From NCBI GenBank assembly GCA_012295275.1, contig CM022672.1, positions 15,004,001 through 15,068,000 on the forward strand: a stretch of 64,000 nucleotides of DNA, in the 5' to 3' direction. The notes below the pieces were generated by a model. The model had not been told where the DNA came from and made no database searches. It saw only the letters and a program-made list of their open reading frames with translations. The translations under genes and the position numbers were made by a program. Below are positions 47,497-64,000 of the stretch, piece by piece. The first letter of the stretch is position 1. The number at the start of each line of letters is the position of its first letter. Source of the DNA: Chrysomallon squamiferum (lineage: Eukaryota > Animalia > Mollusca).

Positions 47497-48592
47497 GCCC
47501 CCATCTATGTCTCTCTCTGACATTTTACGTGGTTGACGTTTTGGTATGAGTGATACCATATTTAATACGTTACTATTAATAACAACAATAACTGAAGAGT
47601 ATAAACGTAAAATGATCGATGTCCATTTTTTGACAAAATACAATTTTTTTATCCCTCACGTACGGAACATAATCTAATTATTTCAAACAGAGAAGCAGTT
47701 TTAAAATAGTCTCTGTCCACGTAATTATTAGCTAAACCAGCAGACTTTAAAGATACATAAAACAGACGTTATATCTTAAGCAAAGAAGTTTATTCCAAGG
47801 AGGCAAAAGGCCCAGCCATGCACGTCTTGTCCATTCTGACAACCATACATCAGTAAATTTTCTTGCCAAAAACAAGGGAAATTATTCATGTTTTTGTGGG
47901 TCAATCAACAGCAGACGAATTTCTTTCTCAGAAAAAGCTGAAAAATTCTGTTGCATTTGCTATGTAGACGATGACACTAAATAAGTAAAATTATGAATTT
48001 TTCATGATAGATCTAAGAACGTAAGAGCTTTTTTCATCAACTTTCCTTCAGAAATAAAAGTAAGCAATTTGAAATAATTTTAATTGCACTTAATCATATT
48101 ATATTCTCGATTTTTGAATAGTAATAATGATAATAATAATAAAACACTTAATACACGGTCAGAGAGATGGTGCCCGATTTCAGTAAAATGATGCAAATTT
48201 AGTAACTTTCCAAACTCGCAGCAATAATCTGCAAAACAAAATCAGAAATAAAAAAATTATAAAAATTAATAATGTGCAAGACAATTATTATTAACAACAT
48301 GACTTCCCCAAAATAATCTGACAGCCGAGAAACCAAATCGGGCGCTACCTTTGATTCACCCTGTGTTATGAATGCGTTTGTTGGGCATTATTTTGTTCAT
48401 TATCGTTATTATTAATTTCAAAAATAGTTTTATTTTTATTTCTCGTTATATTGTATTGTTATAGTGTTATGTTATTAACAGTGTACTAAATTGCTTTCAG
48501 TTAGAGAATTAAATAATATTTGACTTTAATATTCCATTCAGTCATGGAAAGACAGTTTCTCAGATGGTCAGAGTTACCAAAGAAAATTGCAA

Positions 48593-51500
48593 ATGGCGAC
48601 ACCGGTATTCCATAACGTGGAAGTTCGCAACAGCGATGGTAAAAAGGTGAATGAAACTGCCTGATCTATGGTGTTCTCTTGTGTTTCTAATAAATAATAA
48701 AATCGACGGACCTATTAAACATAATGTGTAATTCACAAATTTTTACGTGCAGGATAAATGTTTGAATATACTTACTACTTGTAACTTACACTAAGTTACT
48801 TAGTACTCCGTTACGTCTGTACAGTGTACTGTTAATAATAGTATTATGATTATCATTTATGAATTATAAACATTATATTTATTATGATTATTTCTTGTTT
48901 AGTGCATATTTAACTTACGTAACTTAGTAAATAAATTTTATAACTTACGAAAATTATTTCAGTAATAACCTGACAGTGACACCAGAAAGGTTGCACTAAC
49001 ACTAATGCTGAATAATTACAAGACAAATAGAATGGGGATATTCAGTCAGTCAGTGTAACTAAATAAAGCAAATGCCAAATGTGACCTTATCTTTCTTTTC
49101 ATCTAGAACGACAGCAAAGCCAAACATTTTGATCAGTTATTACTATATTAGTAAAGAGTTCTATATTGGCTGCTATCAACAGTGTTGAAATATCGAGTAA
49201 GATGAAATAAAGAAATTAATGAAAACACGTAGATGTGGTAATACAATAGTCAACATAAGCTAGATGAGAAATGTTGAAAAGAATCACCAAGAAGTATGAA
49301 AAGACATATTTTATACATATTTCATACATTTGTCATTCCCAAACAATTAAAGAATTAAGAGCGCTTTAATTTTATAATTAAAAAGTTAGTAATAAATCTA
49401 ACAGAGTTCTTTACTCCTACAACTTGCAGGGTCGAGGTCTGTTCTCAAAGACATTGTTTGAGAAAGGAGAGGTGATCTTTGAGGAAACGCCTTTGGTTTC
49501 AGCTCAGTTTTCATGGAATGAGTTATACAAGTACCGAGCCTGTGAATTTTGCATGTCACCTCTGGAAACGTCAGAGGAGAACAGCCGTCGACTGACAGAT
49601 AACCCATGTCTAACTCTTCCTTACCCACAGAGCTGCGAAGTTAATCCAGCACAATTTGTACTGTGTCCTTATTGTCAGGTATGTTAAATTAGAGGTTTCA
49701 TCTTGTTCTTGGTGCACACATAAAAAAGATCTGTTGCATCTAATTGGAAACAGTAACTCACAAAATGGCAGCAGTTGATTTTTCTTTTTAAAAAAAAATT
49801 TATATTTGTGAATTCATTACATTATTTGTCTGAATTAAATAAGATTCTTCAAAAGTTTCCAGTAAATTTTTGTTTGTCGCTTGTTACATGAAGAAGTAAT
49901 TGTTTTAAAAATTACAGGCGACTTACTGCTGTGCGTTATGTCAGCAGGCAGCTTGGCAGACTTACCATCAGGTGTTGTGTATGGGACAGTCAGCTCAAGA
50001 TCCTGAACATCCTATTAACAGACTGCAAGAAACATGGAGGTTAGTTCAGCGAGGGGCTTTGAAAACTAGTATACATCAAAAATAACTTGGGCTGCAACAG
50101 TGCAATGTGAAATAAAATATGTATATTGTGTATTTTTGTTCTAATTATTATTATTATTTTAATTAATTTCATTGTGTTTGTGAGTATGTGCATGTGTGCA
50201 TGACATTTGTGTATATGTGTGTATCTGTGTAAATGATCATTGCACACTTTGATATTCATTTTGGAGCTATGTTAGAAATCTAATTGACAAAATAAAAATG
50301 TATTTTATAAAAAAAATTATCTATCGTTCTTACAAATTAATGTTTCAGATTATTGATGCATTACGAAATAAGACTGTGTTTTTTAATCACATCTGTGTCT
50401 TTGATTCCTGTATTTCATAACACTTTTTCTTGTACAGGAATATGCATTATCCACCAGAAACATCCAGCATCACGTTAATTCTGAAGATGATAGCTATGGT
50501 TAAACAGGTATTTGAAAAAGTCACTGGTGTATGAATGTGTGTTTGTGTGTATAAATAAATGAACATATATATTAGTATATATCATTATATGTGAATGTAT
50601 GTATCTGTGTCTGTGTGTGTAAGTGTTTATGTATGCACATATACATAATGAGAGAGAGAGACATGAGATAGTTGTTCACATGTTCATATTTCCTAATTAG
50701 TTAGCATTTTTATTTCAGAATTCAGTTAAGGGCTGGGATCAACCTGAAGGTGTCTTTACTAATGATTACAGAAAACAATATACTTTGTATTATAATTTAA
50801 AGTCTTATCTGTTGTTACTGACCTATCCAGACTTACCTTTTCCTTTTTTTATCATTAGATCACCACCTTCCATAACAGCTTCTATAACAATTGATTTTAA
50901 GGTTAATAAATATACGCAATTAGTTCTGTCATACAAATGCAAGAAAAGATATAGTATTATTTAAACACACATGAATAATTAAATACTATTTCAGTATGTG
51001 AATCGTGGTGGTGTTTTAGTATCTAAAATAAATGTTGTTTTTTTTATTATTTTATAAATGAGATCAGGCCAGTGACAAATCAGATGTGATCAGAAGATTT
51101 TCTCAGTTTGTGAATACAACTGTTAATGAAGATGAACAGATTGTACACAAATTGTTGGGAAAGCAGTTTCAGGTTTGGTTGATTTTATATATCAACATAA
51201 CAAAAATACATTTCATTTGAAGAGACTTATATTAAACTTGAATTTATTTTAATTTTTTTTAATTTATTGTTTGTTTTGCTTTTAGTAAATATTAATAAAT
51301 AAACAGAACATAGCATTATGGCTTTATTTTGTTACGGTCTTTTCACAGTAACAGGTAAAATCTCCCACACTAAATCTATTAAGAGGTTTTTAATATCCAA
51401 ATATGTGACAATGTAATAGTTGTGCCTGTACTTTAATGTGAATAATTGTATATGTTTTGAATGTGGGGCAACAACAATAAATAAAATAAAATAAAATAAA

Positions 51501-51784
51501 ATTAAAAAGTAAGATTCAGCCTGCTTTATTACTTCCATGTGTTTACCTTTATCCAGGAACAGCTAGAGGTATTAAGAAGTCAGATTAAAGAAGTTCTGTA
51601 TGAAGATTATGTTCAGCAGGTAAAACATGTTACCTGATGTTTTTAAAGATCTCTCTGCTGTTTTAAAAAAAAAACATTTCTGAACTTCTGTTAATTATAA
51701 TAAGAATAGCTGAACTTTTCTTTTCACTGTCTTTACATTAATTTAAAAAAAAAAAAAATGTTTTACATTTATTTTATATATATA

Positions 51785-51815
<31 letters not shown>

Positions 51816-54534
51816 TATTTTTTTTTTTAATGATTTTACTGATATTATAGCTCTGTGACATTTTCTTCATGTAAAGATTTTAATTTTCATTAATATTATT
51901 ATAGTTATTAAAGTTGTTTGTGAAATACAATTATTCATAATTTTGTGACTTTTTATTAGTAATAATCAGTTATATTAATGTAATCTTATTATCATCATAA
52001 CCATCATCTTTACCATTTTCATTTTTAACTATCTGGTACTGATATTCCTATATTATTTTTGTTCATACTAACTATACATTAATATTTCAATATTTGCATT
52101 AATATATTCTTTTTTTTCAGTGGTTCACTCCTGAAGGCTTCCAGTCACTGTTTGCTTTGATAGGAACAAATGGACAGGGAGTGGGCACCAGGTAAAAACA
52201 ATTTGTTTATTTATTTTGTGAGCCATTTAAGTGATGTAGTCTTTGCTCAAAGAAGTGTATCCAAATATTTTCAGATCCCAGCTCTTGTAACAATCATTTC
52301 AAAACAAATGTTTTGTCAGCAAGTATGTTACAGCTTGTCTGATGAAGTAGTAGTATGTTATATTATGACTGACAAACTAGTGTGATATTATCTGCTATAT
52401 GATCAAATGTGGTATAGCTATCTAATAAATATATGTGCTATAAACTGTTTTACGAAGAAGTGAGTTACTGGCTGAATTCTGATTAAATGTATTATAGCCT
52501 GTGTTACGAACAAGTATATTATTGCTTCTCCAAGATCAAGTATGTTATTGTTATAACCTGTGTTATAATCAAGTGTTATAGCCTGTGTTTTGAACATGTA
52601 TTATTGCCTGTGTTATCGTGTGTTATGTTTTAACTTACAGTTCAGTGAGCAGATGGGTGAAAAACTGTGAAGCTCTTAAACTGCCAGATGATGAGAAAGA
52701 AAAACTTGATTTATTTATAGACCAGCTGTATGAAGATATGGACAGAGGTACTGTTAATCAGTGCATTTGCATTTCTTCCTGTGTTTTCTTTTTATGTGGT
52801 GTGAGAGAGAGAGAGAATATGTGTCTGACTGATACATACATTCCATTGTGTTACAGTTTGAGATGAATTTTTTGTTATTTTTAATTTACAGTATCTGGAC
52901 ATTTTCTCAACTGTGAAGGATCAGGACTTTATGAGCTTCAGAGTGCTTGTAAGTGCCACATTACATTTCATAGCTGAAAGATAGCTTACCATTACTTGTA
53001 TTCTTTGCCTTCAGATGGCTTTTAACTCAGTGAAGAACAAAGCTAAACACACACACAAACACACAACACAGAGAAATATATCAAAAGATAGATTGTATTA
53101 AACTGTGGTAAAATGTAAGTTGATCCATATTGAGCACAACTATCTGGAATACCATGACTAACTGGTACTATGTTTATCTCCACAATATGTGTTGTTGTTG
53201 TTGTTGTTATTATTATTATTATTATTATTGCAAAGAATTTCTTTCAGGCAATCACAGTTGTGTTCCAAATGCAGAAATATCTTTTCCACACAACAATCAC
53301 ACCCTGGTTCTTGTAGCATTGGATGACATTAAACCAGACGAGGTGAAAAACTGGTTCATTTTATTTATTTATTTATTAATTTTTTTTTTTTTAATTTTAA
53401 TTTTTTTTTTTTTTTTCTTACAGTGACTTAACATTATAATTATGATCACCATGTTAACAATTCCATCATTTAAAAATAAATTTACATCGATACTTTGGGT
53501 GTATACAATTAACTATTTCATTTTATTTGAGCATATATGTTGTTTGCCAAGTTCTACAACTCTTGGTCAGCCCATGAATAATTGAGTGCATTTTTATTTA
53601 TGTGACGAACATATGAAGTCGAGCTCACCTTGTTATATAATGTGTTCTAAATAAGGAATTTTCTTTATATATTATAAAATTTTAAATAAATATAATAATT
53701 TCTTCAAATTCATGTGTATTAATTTATTAAAAAAAAAAAAAAAAATTCACACATATCTGACAGGAATTACTGGAGTTTCAGTGTGAAAAAAGCTATTTGT
53801 ATGTACAGTTAGAAAACATCACACTAACTGTTACTGTTTTGTAGGAAATCTGCATAAGCTACCTGGACGAGTGTGACAGAGAAAGAAGTCGACACAGTAG
53901 AAATAAACTACTGAGGTAATCATTGTTGTTGTATTTTTAACTTTTATGTGTTGCAGAACAAAAACAAATAAGTACAGGCTGCTTGTATGTTTGTGTGAAT
54001 CATACATCAAACAATACATTATCCAAAAAGGAAAGAATAAAGTGAATAAAATAAATATCTTTATTTTGCATATATATATATATATTCAGAGAAACTTTGA
54101 AATACTCGATCATTACTTTAATTGCAATCAGTTCCTCAACAACCAAACATTTTTTGCAGTCCTGTGATTTATCAAGGAAAACTTTGTTAATGTGAATATT
54201 CCTACAAACCTTTTAGTTGACACTACGCTATTCTGTCAGTGGAATGGTGTGTATAAAAGATTCCTTGCTGCTAATCAGAAAGAATATATTAAAAAATAAA
54301 TCTTAATTCTTTCTTAGTTATCATACATAAATTAAGTGTTTAATTCACGCACGAAATTTCATTTACAAAGTTTTGCGAATACATTTACCTGTTACTTTCA
54401 AATGTGATCATTTCAGAGAAAACTACTTGTTCACCTGTTCATGCAGCAAGTGTCTCAGTCAGGCCGATGATCCTGATGTCACATCTGAAGAGGAGATGGA
54501 TAGTGATCATTCAGAAGATGATGAGATCAGCTGA
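48593..54534 (+). CDS. SMYD5: SET and MYND domain-containing protein 5 (lysine methyltransferase), 393 aa, 12 exons
   Basis: Exons 48593-48646, 49430-49678, 49918-50039, 50438-50507, 51068-51172, 51557-51619, 52121-52191, 52641-52747, 52892-52948, 53248-53342, 53845-53915, 54417-54534; total 1182 nt. Motifs [91 protein letters not shown], and an acidic tail. Confidence 0.96.
52495..52626 (+). repeat. Degenerate minisatellite (GCCTGTGTTA core) in SMYD5 intron 7
   Basis: Recurrent (A/G)CCTGTGTT(A/T) units at ~52498, 52556, 52581, 52606. Confidence 0.6.
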
Positions 54535-55727
54535 TGATTTTGTTTTAGAGATGTGACCAAACTGAACTCTGTTTTTATTCTGATAAAAGAATTAAATAAT
54601 TCCCAAAATGCTCAAAAATAAAAATACGATCTTCTGTTGAAACAAGTTGATAAATTCACAGTGATACACTTTTAGTCATAGGCAACAAGTGGAAATCTCT
54701 CTGAGATGACTAATCAGTGATTCTAAAAGACTTAAATGAAGTGTTTGATGATGCAAACAAAGCATAACTTTGTTTTAAAATTTCCTCAACAGACTCAATC
54801 TCGAAGTCTTGGTAGAAAACTGACAGTACTGAAGATCAACTCTATAATCCTTACAGTGGAAATCTGTATCTGAAATACATTTTATGTAACCAAATGATTC
54901 TTTTATTTGTTGTTAAGGATCGGGATTTGCTAATAGTAAATCATCATATTAAAATAATCTCCAATATACCCTGTTAAATAGAAGCATAAACCTGTCTTAA
55001 TGGCATCTAGTGGCAAGGTGTAAGAAATTTGATGATTAAAACAATGGATTATCAATATAATATTTTAAATATGCTTGCTGTTAGGTAATCCATTGGTGCT
55101 TCAGTGCAATACGTACAATATCTGATTATGTTAACAAACTGTATTCAACTTATTACAAATAAATCATTTATCTTAACACAAGTAAAACATTAGAATCAAA
55201 TCTCATCCAGAATTGAGACAAAATCAGTTTGCCATTTTATTTTATTTTTTCTCACATTCTTAAACTTTTATATCAATCGTACAACTCTTTTACTCCATTT
55301 CAATGCTGATGAAACTTTTGTTATCATAGTCTTTGATAATCCATTTTTTATATTTTACATTAAACTGTATTCCACTGACCTAACATTCTTTAACAAATTT
55401 TACATGAGACATTTTCAACCAGGATGAAGATTTTTGTTTTAAAGCTGATCTGGAGATAAGTTATTCATACGAAGGTACACAGATCTTGTGGCACATATCT
55501 AAGGTGTTATTTATGATAAAAATCCAAACAACACTACATCATACAAAACACTAAATTATTAATGTCGCTCTTTTTTTAATGATAATAAAGATAAAAACTG
55601 GATTCATTAATTTCACTGCATTTCCAATTTCTTTTTTCTTCATTATTTATTTTTATTTAAAAAAAAAAAAATTATTATCATTATTATTATTTTTATTATA
55701 TGTTAACTGTATATTATGATTTTTATA

Positions 55728-56333
55728 CAGTAATATCTCGGTTTAACGATGTAATTGGTTCCAAATTTCCAATCGTTAAGTGAGGTATCATTAACCAGGA
55801 AACTAATTTACATGGAATTATGGTTAAAAACAGTGGTTATGTTCTCGCTGATGATATTTGATAAAAAATAAATTATAATGTTAAATGTGGAGAAATAAAA
55901 CGGCAATCTAGATATAAATGATTTAATATATATATATAAAACAGTAAATCATTTACAAATCAATTTATACAAATGTGGATTTATTTTTGTGGGTTTTGTG
56001 TTCATTTAACATATATTTTGTTTCTTAAGTTATTGTCTTCCGTTTTTTTTTTATTATCAGCATTCGCAGGTGTACTATCTATTCGTTTTGACATATTGGA
56101 TGGATAATTACAAGTAAATTAAGTCTAAACTGAAGCAGAAGAGAAGAGAGAATATGAACACCACATGCATGTATGAAGTCTGCATGTCAGCTGATCAACA
56201 CAGCTGAGAGAAGTTCATGACTGAACGAAAAACGAACGGACTTAAACACATGCCTTGTACCCATTTGTACCATTTATTTTGAGCAATTAAAAAAAATTGT
56301 TAAAGCGGGAGATCGTTAAGCGAGGTATTACTG
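55728..56333. mobile_element. Tc1/mariner (pogo/Tigger-like) MITE, copy 2, downstream of the SMYD5 stop
   Basis: TA|CAGTAATATCTCGGTTTAACGA ... TCGTTAAGCGAGGTATTACTG|TA; TA target duplication; homologous to 43636-44300. Confidence 0.88.
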
Positions 56334-56762
56334 TATACATTATACATTCATGAGCATTATTAAATAAAAAAGTAAAATGCAGCTTTCTGTTCTATACAAA
56401 TGCAGAATTTGATACCTGTCTATGAACTGGAATGCACATTATCATGTTACATGCTACAGATATAAATATTTCATCAAAAGGAGTCATATATGGAAATTGT
56501 ATCGATTTTGAATAAATTTAACGAAATTTCTGTGACGCTGATAAAAAGAATAATTTTATTGAATACGTGACCACTTCTTTCTCCTGCACTTGTAAAAAAA
56601 ACCCCAAAATAAACACAAATATTATATATATATATATATATTATTTTGTTATTGTTTATTTATTTATTTATTTATTTATTTATTTTTTCATTGAATTTTA
56701 GGAGTAGCACCAAATGGAAAAAACGAAAAACAAAATAAAAAACAAATATATATATATATATA

Positions 56763-57492
56763 TACTCTCCCAAAAAAGAAACGCAAAATGGTTGATTTCT
56801 TAGTTAACTATTGTAAACTGACACATATCGATGTACAAACCATGAATATAATGACATTTGGTGATTCAAGCGTATAGCTTTTGTTACAGTCAGCAAAAAG
56901 GCTATGATTGTGTTTATTAGCCAAAACGTCCCCACATGCAAACAACATTACCAGTGCATGTGCATGTGCGGCACATGAAACTTGAATACGAGGGTTATAA
57001 AAATGCAAGGTTTTCGAATACTTCTGTTCCTTATTTTTGTTCTGACCCAACATCAAACAAATGTCACGACTGAGTGAACCGCAACGAAACGATGCCATCG
57101 GCCGTGTACAAGCTGGCGAATTTTTCTCGGCTGTAGCCCGGGGGTTCCATGAATCCCCAAGCACCATCTTGAGATTGTGGTATCGGTTCCAGCAACACCA
57201 AACAACACGTGGCAGTCCCAGATCAGGTAGACCACGTGTAACCACCAGGGCCCCAAGACCGCTACATACGGGTACTTCATCTACGGGAAAGAACCACCAC
57301 AGCAACCGCTACTGCTTCAGCAATACCAGGTTTGTGTAGAATAGACAGTGTGCAATCGTTTACACGAGGCAGGTATTCGAGCCTGACGGCCTGTAAGAAG
57401 AGTGGTTTTGACTCAACAACATCATCAACTACGACCTCTGTGGTGTCAAGTGCACAGAGTCTGGCCTCAATTACGATGGTTTAGTGACGAGT
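56763..57492 (+). mobile_element. 3'-truncated Tc1/Tc3-like transposon with a pseudogenised transposase
   Basis: TIR-like TACTCTCCCAAAAAAGAAACGCA after (TA)n. ORF from 57061 reads MSRLSEPQRNDAIGRVQAG...RSGRPRVTT, then frameshifts to QDRYIRVLHLR and NRLHEAGIRA*RP, ending at WFSDE (first Asp of the DDE triad). Confidence 0.9.
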
Positions 57493-58415
57493 AGCACCAA
57501 ATGGGAAACAAAACAAAACAAAACAAAATAAACACTGGATTTCTTTGTTAATAAGCATGATTCTGAATCGTAAAACCTAAACTTATGGACCTGAATTTTT
57601 TATTTTTGTTAAAATTTGAAGTTTTTCTATTCTTCCTAAAATACGTCCAGCGGAACAAACCTGGTCTAATCATTTGACATCTAGACCAAATACTCTGATG
57701 AAGTGAGAAAATTCTTGAACATAAGAGATCCAAACAGGCCACCACCATTTCTGCGATCTGATTCCAATTCTTTTCATCCATATTTAGCTTGTACGAAGTC
57801 ATTCGTGTCCTCTAATATGCCTATAACTTCATTTACGGCGAGAAGCACCTAGCAATGAAAGATTCAAAAACATTTCATTAGCTATTTCGACATGCTGTGT
57901 ACACATATGAAATGGACTGAAATTAATTTAAAATAAACTATAGTTGATATAAATACCAAACCCGACCTTGTAAGTTTAAATAGTTTTAATTATTATAAAT
58001 AATAGCTATTGTTTTCAAATATCGCGCATGCGCATAGCAATAAAGTTGCAAAAACCAATCTGTTTTTTTGCCAGGGACGTACTTGTATGAGGCTGAAACA
58101 GTGTCACGCAAAGCTGGCAAACGAATCGCCAAGCTACAGGACAGTTCGTGTGGGCATGCAAGATCATGCGTAGTTAACACATTGCCCGCTCGTATGCAAG
58201 GTTCATGATGCTTATCAAGTCACGCCATATGTAGGTGGCGGAGTCAGAGTAGTCGTTTTTATTCTTAAGTATTTCAACATTTTTGGATATAAAATTTAAA
58301 ATATGGATTTTCGCATAATTTAAAATTTTATGGTCGCAAGTGGTTTTGAAATAAAAGATGTTCTTTTTTTTTTTTTTTTTTTTTTTTTTAATTCTTAAGA
58401 CACACGCCTAAGAGG

Positions 58416-58629
58416 AAGGAGCGAAGCTAGGTTCGAAAGTTTAGGGGAGCGAGAATGAAACGTACCTTATATTTTTGAAATTCATTATACATTCTTATTT
58501 TGCATTTAAAATCAAAATCTTGGCCGAATAAAGAAACGAGAGTTAAGTATTGCTGAAAAGGCGCTAATTTTTAAGAATGTGTTTAAGGGGAGCGGTCGCT
58601 CGCTTGATCTCCCCCCAGCTACGCCATTG
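58416..58629. mobile_element. Degenerate MITE with CAGTGGCGTAGC-type TIR
   Basis: Right end CCCCCCAGCTACGCCATTG; left end AAGGAGCGAAGCTAGG is a decayed inverted match; GGGGAGCG is repeated internally. Confidence 0.4.
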
Positions 58630-58904
58630 GTGAGACGAAGACAGCTGTTTGAAATGACATCGTTCAAAACCTTTATAGCCATTTATTACTACATTATTTT
58701 GATGAAACATCATCTTTATTCGTTGCTTCTTTTTCTTTCTTTTTATTTTTTTTATTTTTATTTGCGAGAGGGTTTAAATACTTTCTGTAAGTTACATTAC
58801 GACTTTGTCTAAAGATTTTAACCAGTAGAGAGCTGTCTCCTTCCTTGTTTGTGGTCGCATTTCCGTAGGATACAAAAACCCAAGAAAGAAAACGCCGCAT
58901 CTAA

Positions 58905-63659
<4,755 letters not shown>

Positions 63660-63777
63660 ATGTATCACAAAGATTTCTGACTGAAATAAAATTCTGTTTC
63701 TCGATTAATAAAAATGTGTTATCACATTGAATAATTTTATTTTTATGTAGTTGGATAATTCACCAAACACAAATACA

Positions 63778-63833
<56 letters not shown>

Positions 63834-64000
63834 TAATAATAATAATAATAATAACAATGATAATGATGATAATGCTGATGATTAGGGTGGTGGTAATGAT
63901 GGTCATAATCATAATGATGATGTCGACACAACAAACAACAACAACGATTATTATGATTTTTATTATTATAATTGTTTTGTTTTTTTTGTTTTTTTTGAAA

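Overview
AT-rich, microsatellite-dense animal genomic DNA, probably a lophotrochozoan such as a mollusc (inferred from the miR-2001 sequence, gene content and composition). It is not prokaryotic and contains no CRISPR array. I assembled five spliced protein-coding genes by hand, each with phase-consistent junctions and a CDS length divisible by 3. (1) A DUSP-UBL-coiled-coil-BTB(KCTD-type) fusion with no USP catalytic domain (minus, 19205-23505). (2) A 202-aa alpha/epsilon-sarcoglycan-like membrane protein lacking the usual ectodomain (plus, 27660-30182). (3) A 669-aa secreted animal heme peroxidase with a Trp-rich insert carrying two furin-type sites (minus, 32089-46489). (4) SMYD5 (plus, 48593-54534). 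(5) A hedgehog-related gene in which a signal peptide and a ~51-aa four-cysteine peptide are fused to a Hint/Hog autoprocessing domain (plus, ~58.7/58.9 kb-63659). A miR-2001 hairpin lies at ~708-786 (minus), probably inside a spliced host transcript starting near 7.3 kb. A truncated Tc1 element, several MITEs (one nested) and inverted repeats are also present. The best candidates for undescribed biology are the Hint-released mini-peptide, the DUSP-UBL-BTB chimera, the mini-sarcoglycan and the cleavable peroxidase insert. Family calls rest on remembered motifs; no database search was run.
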